64,000 nucleotides of DNA. Origin: a virus. Both the position numbers and the translations under genes were made by a program. The stretch spans positions 13,274-77,273 of IMG/VR virus record IMGVR_UViG_3300022871_000011, one strand, 5' to 3'. The notes under the pieces are model-generated. The model was not told where the DNA came from. It ran no database searches and saw nothing but the letters and a program-made list of their open reading frames with translations. Positions 51,613-58,431 of the stretch are shown one piece after another (the first letter of the stretch is position 1; every line of letters begins with the position of its first letter).

Positions 51613-51707
51613 GGAAGTGCCATGGTTGCAAGATAGTTGAAATAGAGGCCGTCGTGCGCAAGCATACTATCCACCAGCAGGACCGCGGGTAAATTCTGCC
51701 ACTTCCA
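51613..51707 (+). ncRNA. tRNA-like small RNA (acceptor stem and T-like arm, no D or anticodon arm)
   Basis: GGAAGTG/CACTTCC-A; GCGGG-TAAAT-TCTGC; GATAGT/ACTATC. Confidence 0.45.
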
Positions 51708-51713
51708 TCCCTT

Positions 51714-51926
51714 TGTAATATAAAAGGTAGGCCCAGAAGCAGCCATCCTCTAAGGAGTGGGACGCACTTGTAGGCATAGAAAGGTTTCTGAGTTTAGCGA
51801 ACTCTAGTCAGGGACCTACAATGTAGCACAGGCAGGTTAGCGACCTGTTAACCGTCGTCTTGAATGCTACGGCTAGTAAAGATGAACAAATGGTTTCCCT
51901 TTAGCGTAACAGCACACTATATTACA
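51714..51926 (+). ncRNA. ncRNA containing a 23S rRNA L11-binding (H43-H44) mimic
   Basis: GGTAGGCCCAGAAGCAGCCATCCTCTAAGGAGT...GCGTAACAGCACAC closed by TGTAATATA/TATATTACA. Confidence 0.8.
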
Positions 51927-52102
51927 TTTAATTTAAACAAAAGGAGATATTATGAGAGAACAAGAATCAGAAGTAAAAGAGAGCATCCGGAATCTGCTAA
52001 AAGACATGTCTGTTGATCAGCTGAGAGCTGAAGCAGTTAAACAGGAAGCTCACCCTAATCGGATTGATCTGATTGAAGCTGAGCTCAAAACAAGAAGGTA
52101 AT

Positions 52103-52402
52103 ATGGAAGGCAAAGTAATAGAAGAGGGTATTAACTCTGATGATGGTCAACTCTATCGCTGCACATGTGGCTCAGAGATACTGGCTATAGAGTTCGAGAC
52201 GGACCCTAAGTGGCAGGAGGACTGCTACTGTGATGTCTCCATATGGAGATGCGGGGATAGGCACATAGGCTGGTTGTATAGGCTTAGAATGATCTGGCGT
52301 ATACTTACCATAGGTCATCCATATACAGATAATGTCTGTATGGACAAGAAACAATTTAAACAGTTTCGGGAGTACATCCTGAAGCATGAAGTAGAAGCTT
52401 AA
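52103..52402 (+). CDS. hypothetical protein
   Basis: ORF with CxC. Confidence 0.6.
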   Translation: MEGKVIEEGINSDDGQLYRCTCGSEILAIEFETDPKWQEDCYCDVSIWRCGDRHIGWLYRLRMIWRILTIGHPYTDNVCMDKKQFKQFREYILKHEVEA

Positions 52403-52403
52403 T

Positions 52404-52491
52404 GCCTGGCCCTGGTGGGAATCTTTCTGCGAAGTTCTAGAACAGTACCAGGAGAGAAGGTTTGGAGGTTCAATCCCTCCCCTAGGCTTCA
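52404..52491 (+). ncRNA. degenerate tRNA-like element
   Basis: GCCTGG/CTAGGC acceptor; T arm GGAGG-TTCAATC-CCTCC; no D arm. Confidence 0.45.
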
Positions 52492-52499
52492 AGTCTTAC

Positions 52500-53530
52500 G
52501 TGCGGCGGCTTGAGTACAGGCCGGGAAAACTCTACGAACCCTCGGGCTATTAGGTCAGGCGAGGTATCCGGATTAGTACCCTGGATGAACGCCTTGGACA
52601 GTAGTATGGGCCCCTCCGGTCCGTGAAAAGCGGTCCTCGCGCACCAGTTTGTGCCAGAATGGGCCTTAACAGGTCTAGATACTCTGTGGAAGTCGATTGT
52701 AGTACCCTGGGCGAGATAACCGGAAGTAACCTGGGCAGGCAGTAGATTAGTAACAGTAGTCACTCGGAGGGTGAATTGACACCCTCGCTGGCTTTTGATT
52801 TTTAAGGATGTGCCACTATTAAGTTTGACTCGAAGGTCGTGGGTTCGAGTCCCACCTCCGCGAAACCGGCAGTGAACGGGCATCGTCGTTGGCGTGTGTC
52901 TACTAGTACCTGTCTTAATTTGGCGGAGTGGAGCAGTTGGAAAAGCTCGTCGGGTCTTTATTATAACGTCGGATGATCCTGGTGTGGTCTGCTAGCTCCT
53001 AAGCGAACACCATAGGGAAGAGTAGTCATACAAGTAAGCTATTATAAGGATAGCCCAACGTATACAATGCCCCTCTAGAATTACGCAGAGAAGACGTTTG
53101 TCGATCGAACTATGAGTACGATGATCTAATGTTTTGTGCCGCCCCGTATACAACTTAGGCGTGACAGGAGGGAAGCTTTGTGACTGTGGATTTTTAAGTG
53201 TTTACACTTAGTTCTCCCAGCGGGCCTCGAAAAACGCGGTGAATACTTATGAGTTCAAGATACTAGGAACTGGATAGTTTAGAGTTTAACGCCGGAGGGC
53301 ACAGATTTAGCCTGGGACTAGGGGGTAAGCCTCTGTTGTATAGACTTCAGTAGGGTCTCCCAAAAAATACGGTGAAGGCAACTAGTATAAGTAGTATCAG
53401 TGTTGGATGATCTAACGTTTTGTACCGTCTCACGGCCTAAAGGCCGGATTGTCCGAGAGGGGGAATAAGGCCCGACGAGATAACGCGGTCCCCTGGTCCT
53501 CGAAAAACGCGGCGAAGACACTGGTATTAA
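52500..53530 (+). ncRNA. candidate ~1-kb structured RNA (or RNA cluster) with an embedded permuted tRNA
   Basis: No credible ORF; many helices, AGUA/GAA motifs, repeated GAUGA..GAA modules. Confidence 0.6.
52827..52956 (+). tRNA. circularly permuted initiator-tRNA-like fold (3' half 52827-52863, 5' half 52922-52956), no anticodon loop
   Basis: Halves closely resemble tRNA-fMet and pair with each other in the acceptor and anticodon stems. Confidence 0.75.
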
Positions 53531-53534
53531 ACCT

Positions 53535-53569
53535 GGCCCCCTTCTTAACGGGAGGGGGCCTTAACTTTT
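53535..53569 (+). terminator. intrinsic terminator
   Basis: GGCCCCCTTC..GGAGGGGGCC then TTAACTTTT. Confidence 0.6.
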
Positions 53570-53580
53570 GGAGGAATGTG

Positions 53581-53955
53581 ATGGATAAAGAAAGACCAAT
53601 TGATAAAAAGTATATAAAGTATGACATATATAAGCTATGCTCAGCCAAGACTGCCTTGAAAGGTGCTAAGGAGGCAGTGGTGGGTGATGGTGGCGATAGA
53701 ATAAAACTTTTGGGGAGGGGGATGAAAGGCAATGCTGTGTACGCTCTTGCCTACGTAGCTGCGGCTATGTGTGAGCATTTTGATGTGATTAAGGAAACAG
53801 CTCAGGCTATGATCGAACATGATTTGAGAGCCGAGGCTTATACACTACACGGAGAAGCAGGCGAGGCCTTTACAGAGGCTAGCATGGTTGTATTCTCAGA
53901 GAAATTGGAGGATGGAGATGAAGACGACGATGAAGACGATTCCCATCCATTTTAA
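53581..53955 (+). CDS. hypothetical protein with acidic tail
   Basis: GGAGG RBS; the upstream extension in the ORF track overlaps the ncRNA. Confidence 0.65.
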   Translation: MDKERPIDKKYIKYDIYKLCSAKTALKGAKEAVVGDGGDRIKLLGRGMKGNAVYALAYVAAAMCEHFDVIKETAQAMIEHDLRAEAYTLHGEAGEAFTEASMVVFSEKLEDGDEDDDEDDSHPF

Positions 53956-54241
53956 AGTATGCTTCACAGGCAAGATGTATTGGCATCGTAATGTAATGCA
54001 TACACAAGCAAAGATGGACGGACAGATACCTGTTAATTCAGTTACCAAGAATACAGACATACTGGTATTGGCTGACTTTAAGTCAATGAGTATTAAAGCA
54101 TATAAAGCGCGCCGTAATGGCACACGTTTACTTAAAGAGACTGATTGGTATGGTGTACCCTGGCATAAGTCTGAGAAGGAGATTAATGATTATATAGATG
54201 TACATATGTTCGCCGAGGTTTTAAAAGACTATGATGATTAA
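53918..54241 (+). CDS. stand-alone BRCT-domain protein
   Basis: VCFTGKM..R...SVTKNTDILV...K..KA...G..LL.E..W. Confidence 0.75.
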   Translation: MKTTMKTIPIHFKVCFTGKMYWHRNVMHTQAKMDGQIPVNSVTKNTDILVLADFKSMSIKAYKARRNGTRLLKETDWYGVPWHKSEKEINDYIDVHMFAEVLKDYDD

Positions 54242-54266
54242 ACACTAACCAAAAAGGAGGTGCAAC

Positions 54267-54524
54267 ATGCCAGCAATTATAATGTTGGTAGTGATTGTGG
54301 TCGGCATCGCGTTGTATGCTGTCCTCAAGGACAACAAAAAGTTCCATCGTTTCGTGGAGAAGCTCTCCGTGGACAAGGATCTGTTAAAGGATCCGGTGGA
54401 TGTCGTCGAGAAACATGCTGAAGTGGAGCAGGAAGCCGAAGAGATGGCTACCCGTAAAACCGCCGAAGCTAAACAAGCGAAGGAGGATGCTAAAATACTC
54501 CGGAGATTAAGAGGAGGTAAGTAA
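54267..54524 (+). CDS. small membrane-anchored protein
   Basis: AGGAGG RBS; N-terminal TM segment. Confidence 0.65.
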   Translation: MPAIIMLVVIVVGIALYAVLKDNKKFHRFVEKLSVDKDLLKDPVDVVEKHAEVEQEAEEMATRKTAEAKQAKEDAKILRRLRGGK

Positions 54525-54817
54525 TGGCGTCATTACTAATCATAGCAGGGCTTATACTAATAACAGTGATGGTTATGAAAGGAGTCATCGCGAAGTATTA
54601 TGTAGAGCCGTGCTCTCATGAATGGGGGCCTTTGAGTGAAGAAGGAACTCAGCAGTGTGTACACTGTAATATTGTGCACCGGGTACCATGCCGACATAAA
54701 TGGGAAAAAACTGATGAGCATACTGTAAGCCGTAACGGGCGTATAGTGAAGCTGATTAAGGTCTACAACTGCACTGAGTGCGGTGATGAAAAGAAACATG
54801 AAGTTAATGCAGATTAA
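54524..54817 (+). CDS. membrane-anchored protein with CxHxW...CxxC repeats
   Basis: TM segment plus two zinc-ribbon-like repeats. Confidence 0.65.
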   Translation: MASLLIIAGLILITVMVMKGVIAKYYVEPCSHEWGPLSEEGTQQCVHCNIVHRVPCRHKWEKTDEHTVSRNGRIVKLIKVYNCTECGDEKKHEVNAD

Positions 54818-54841
54818 CACAAACTAACAAAGGAATCCAGT

Positions 54842-55144
54842 ATGCAGAAAATTAAAATCGGAGCAATCGTAACGGTAGCATTAATCCTTATCGCGGTAGG
54901 ACTAGCCTGGAAAGGGCTTGTAGGTTACAATGATAACCAGGACTTCCAGATCAGGCAATCGGTTAATGGAACAATCACCATCCAGGACAAAGGTGGTTAC
55001 TATGCACAGTTCATGAACACTATCTGGACTTACCCAAGAGTACAAGAAGCATTCTTCTCAGCGTCTGATAAGGAAGGCGGATCTGTAGATGATAGCATTA
55101 GTGTTACATTCAATGATGGTGGCCAAGCAGATGTATCAAACTAA
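54842..55144 (+). pseudogene. truncated SPFH/band-7-like membrane protein
   Basis: TM segment, Q...G......G.Y, V.FNDGG.A motif, then a stop at 100 aa beside the convergent gene. Confidence 0.55.
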
Positions 55145-55248
55145 AGTTTACTATCTTTTAAAATGCACTTGTGCATTAAAAATATTTTCGACCGCTTTGC
55201 GGTAATGCATTGGGGGACACCCCCACCCCCCCGAAAGTACCAAATAAT

Positions 55249-56313
55249 CTATTGTCCTCCGCGCACCGGCCATACATAGATGCTACCAGACTTATTACTG
55301 CCGTAGACGCTGCCGGCGCCGCTGCGCAGATACACGACCCAGGCGTACGCCGTATTACCAGCGTAGGTAGTACCCGACCAATAGTAGCCCGACTGCACAC
55401 CGGTGAAGGGATCACCCGCAGTCCACTTAGCATTACCTGCTGCATTGGATAATGCGGGAGTAACATATCCATAATTACATAGACTCTGTAACTCATTCAC
55501 ATTTGGTAATCGCCAATCGCCAGCGACAGAACCGTCAGTTAAACCTGCTGTTCCGTTAGCAAGAGTATTACAAGTAGTTAATGCTGTTGCCCAAATTTGA
55601 GTGCCGAATGCATTAGCATTTTTAAGCCATATAAGCTCTGTGTTGTTGTCTGTGACTGTACCGTCTCCATTATCGGTAAAGCGTGGTGCCGTATTAGCTA
55701 CACCTTTTTCATAATAACCATCATCTGCATTAGTTGAAACTTTAGGGTTCACAACAGCACCTGCGGCGTCATAACTTATGGTCTGCCCGGTTTTTGATAC
55801 AAGTGGAAGCCCCGCTGCCGTACCAGTTATTTTAACTCCGTTTACGTAAGCGGTTTTACTAATAGTAATCTCACTTGCAACTGCGTTTGCGTCGGCAGTA
55901 TCAACAACTTCGGTTTTTCCAGCAACTCCAAAAATAGTTGCACCTGATTTGATATTACCAGTTACTAAATTAGCATCAGTTGCAACAACTCCAGACCCGT
56001 CATGATAACCTGCGGTAATCGTATGTGTGGTAGTTGAAGGAGTTATATTTTGAGTTCCCACATTTACCATTGTTCCGGTAAGTCCAGCACTTCCTGTTTT
56101 AGAAAATGTTTTTGTTGCTAATACATTTGCAGCAATAGCATCTCCTGTTGAAACAACAGCTGAACCGTCAACTCCAAAAATATTCTTTCCTGTTACAATA
56201 TTGACTGCGGTTAAATCTGCATCAGCCGCAACAACTCCGAGAGGAAGAGTGTTTCCAGCCAGCTGCGGTACAAACTCTTGATATACCTTCAATGAAGGAG
56301 GTGAATAAGCCAT
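55249..56313 (-). CDS. DUF1566/Lcl C-type-lectin-fold protein, probable DGR target, with tail-fibre-like repeats
   Basis: RFTDNGDGTVTDNNTELIW, DWRLPNVNEL, YWSGT...AW.V...VWPVRGG; NI..G..IFGV.G repeats. Confidence 0.85.
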   Translation of the reverse strand: MAYSPPSLKVYQEFVPQLAGNTLPLGVVAADADLTAVNIVTGKNIFGVDGSAVVSTGDAIAANVLATKTFSKTGSAGLTGTMVNVGTQNITPSTTTHTITAGYHDGSGVVATDANLVTGNIKSGATIFGVAGKTEVVDTADANAVASEITISKTAYVNGVKITGTAAGLPLVSKTGQTISYDAAGAVVNPKVSTNADDGYYEKGVANTAPRFTDNGDGTVTDNNTELIWLKNANAFGTQIWATALTTCNTLANGTAGLTDGSVAGDWRLPNVNELQSLCNYGYVTPALSNAAGNAKWTAGDPFTGVQSGYYWSGTTYAGNTAYAWVVYLRSGAGSVYGSNKSGSIYVWPVRGGQ

Positions 56314-56483
56314 CGCTGTTACTCCTGTTTGTTACTGTTTATTTATTGATTGAATGTGCTATCTTCGAATCGCACTTTCTTTAATATAGGTGCAATCGGA
56401 GCCAATGTCCAACCGCCCTTGTATTTAAACTATTCTGCCTAGTACCCCTATAGGGGTACCCTGTTTTTAACAGGAGAGTTATC

Positions 56484-57068
56484 ATGAAAAAAGTAAAGAT
56501 GCGAAAGCAATATGATGGAATAGCAGAATTCGTCATCGTAGCCATCGGTATCTCTGTACTAGTCATGTCTGTTATATGTATAGGCGGGTGTGTTAAAGAG
56601 GAGACGGCTATCAGAGCAGGTATCGTAGGTACTCCTTATGCAGATGAAAACAACTTCGTACCGAAGTGGCGAGAGAGCCATCCAATGATAGACGATGAAA
56701 GCTATGAAGAGTATACAGCCCGTGCTAAAGAATTCGTTCTTAAGCTACTAAAGGCTAAAAAGGATAAGCACGTCAGATGGGCAGCTGATAAGGCTAAAGG
56801 CCTTAAACATAAAGCTGAGATACAAAAGAAGAACGAGGCTAAGAAGAAGGCAGATGAACTTCTAGCAGCAGTAGATAAGCATAGAGTAGACTGGCAAGCC
56901 ACACAGGCGTGGGAAGCCGAGAAGGGACAATTAGAAGGAAACAAACCTACAACAGTGCGTACAGTTAGGCGCCCTGGTGAGAGGTCTCCCTCTAAGAAAA
57001 CTAAACGAAGCACATACTTCCCAACAGAAACCTTCAAGGTAGATAGGAGTGTGCTTAAGGAATGGTAA
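56484..57068 (+). CDS. membrane-anchored hypothetical protein
   Basis: AGGAG RBS; hydrophobic N-region. Confidence 0.65.
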   Translation: MKKVKMRKQYDGIAEFVIVAIGISVLVMSVICIGGCVKEETAIRAGIVGTPYADENNFVPKWRESHPMIDDESYEEYTARAKEFVLKLLKAKKDKHVRWAADKAKGLKHKAEIQKKNEAKKKADELLAAVDKHRVDWQATQAWEAEKGQLEGNKPTTVRTVRRPGERSPSKKTKRSTYFPTETFKVDRSVLKEW

Positions 57069-57069
57069 T

Positions 57070-57483
57070 ATGAGTGAAAGCACAAACTATCTGACATTCG
57101 ACGAGAGTGTACAGATGCTTAAGCTCTTCTACGAAATGGAAGTACAGCAGGTAAGTTATACTTACACACCGCTCTATGGGTGGTGTATACTGCTGGAAGG
57201 GTTCAACCTTGATTTCTTTAGGCGTAAGGCTGAGGAGAACAAGCTGGACTGTGTCCATGAGTATGAAGGGATGGAAGCAGCAGGTCTTGATACACCAGCC
57301 AGCCTGTGGAAACGGACTGATGGTAAGTACATGACCAATAAGTTATTCGGTATGGATGCTGATGATGTGGATGCGGAACCGCTGAAGCTCAAAGCAGATG
57401 GCCGAACATGGAAGAAGCTCGAGTTCGCCTTGAGTAAACAGATGATTAAGGACTTCGATGAAGCGTTGTCTAAAGGATTCTAA
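57070..57483 (+). CDS. hypothetical protein
   Basis: ORF track. Confidence 0.65.
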   Translation: MSESTNYLTFDESVQMLKLFYEMEVQQVSYTYTPLYGWCILLEGFNLDFFRRKAEENKLDCVHEYEGMEAAGLDTPASLWKRTDGKYMTNKLFGMDADDVDAEPLKLKADGRTWKKLEFALSKQMIKDFDEALSKGF

Positions 57484-57493
57484 AGGAGTTAAC

Positions 57494-57766
57494 ATGAGCA
57501 AACGAAAAGCAAAGAGATCCAAAGGTCGTAGGTGTAACCTCTTAGAGAAGCACCGTACGATCACCTTGAAGTCTATCATGCGACTAAGGATGAGGCTTCA
57601 CTGTCCCTGACATGAGGTGTATGATGCTTTAAGCACTGAACTAGGCCACAGATGGGCAGCACCCGAGCAATGGTCAAGAATAGATGCCCTGAACATTCGT
57701 AATGCGTGCGCCCGGCTTGATGAAATAGTGGACGCCGCAGAAGCAATAACAGCATGTGAGGCATAA
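57494..57766 (+). pseudogene. 90-codon ORF with one in-frame TGA at 57608-57610
   Basis: Strong RBS; frame stays open after the TGA up to TAATAA. Confidence 0.45.
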
Positions 57767-57784
57767 TAAAGTAAAGGAGTTAAC

Positions 57785-58138
57785 ATGAGTAAGGACGAAA
57801 AAAAGATGGGTGTCCCTAAACCCAAGTACGACCCCGAGAAAGCCAAGCCTAAGATTATCCGGGCTTCCCGTACTAAGCCCTTCCTACTCATAATTCCAGA
57901 GCGGGAACCGACGCCAGAAGAAGCGGCATATCATGAGAAGGACAAGCGGGAGCACACATGGTGGCCTGACTGGTTCATGATATGGAAGGAACACCGTATT
58001 AACAAGTATGCTACAGCTAAGGCAGCCGACGAGGCCCTGCGTACATACAAGAAACGAATAGACAATAACGCTGATGAGTACCACTCTAAAATATATGAGA
58101 TGGACCGGGCTATTGTCGTAGATACGAGGAGTAAATAA
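57785..58138 (+). CDS. hypothetical protein
   Basis: AGGAG RBS. Confidence 0.65.
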   Translation: MSKDEKKMGVPKPKYDPEKAKPKIIRASRTKPFLLIIPEREPTPEEAAYHEKDKREHTWWPDWFMIWKEHRINKYATAKAADEALRTYKKRIDNNADEYHSKIYEMDRAIVVDTRSK

Positions 58139-58431
58139 TGATTAGTCTAATGAAACCCGTAAGGGCTGATGTGATGGCTGCGGAGTATACCTTCCGGCTG
58201 ATTGAGGCGACGACCGACGAGGAAATCGAGCGTATTGCCAATAAAATAAGACGGATGAGGAGAGCAATACAAACGGAAGACAATACGTCTGCCTTCTCGC
58301 AGGCTCTCTGTTGCATTCTACTATATCACCCAATCCCAGACGTTAAAAGCCTCCACTGCCTCTCAGAGGAGGAGTGTGCTAAATGGGCCAGTGCTTGTGA
58401 AAGAGCAGAGAAATTAAAGAGGAGTAAATAA
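58138..58431 (+). CDS. hypothetical protein
   Basis: GAGGAG RBS. Confidence 0.65.
   Translation: MISLMKPVRADVMAAEYTFRLIEATTDEEIERIANKIRRMRRAIQTEDNTSAFSQALCCILLYHPIPDVKSLHCLSEEECAKWASACERAEKLKRSK

Noticed and set aside
51714-51926. A true 23S rRNA gene or host contamination
   Set aside because: Similarity is limited to ~50 nt in two blocks, with a private closing stem and phage genes on both sides
53112-53525. Hammerhead or twister ribozymes
   Set aside because: GAUGA and GAA are present, but not the CUGAUGA/GAAA/UH three-stem core or the twister pseudoknots
52172-53732. Minus-strand ORFs 52172-52492, 52482-52883, 53318-53521 and 53430-53732, ORF 8815-9039, and other short antisense ORFs
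   Set aside because: Shadow frames over RNA elements or real genes, with no recognisable motifs
55249-56313. A complete DGR in this window
   Set aside because: No reverse transcriptase ORF or template repeat was found
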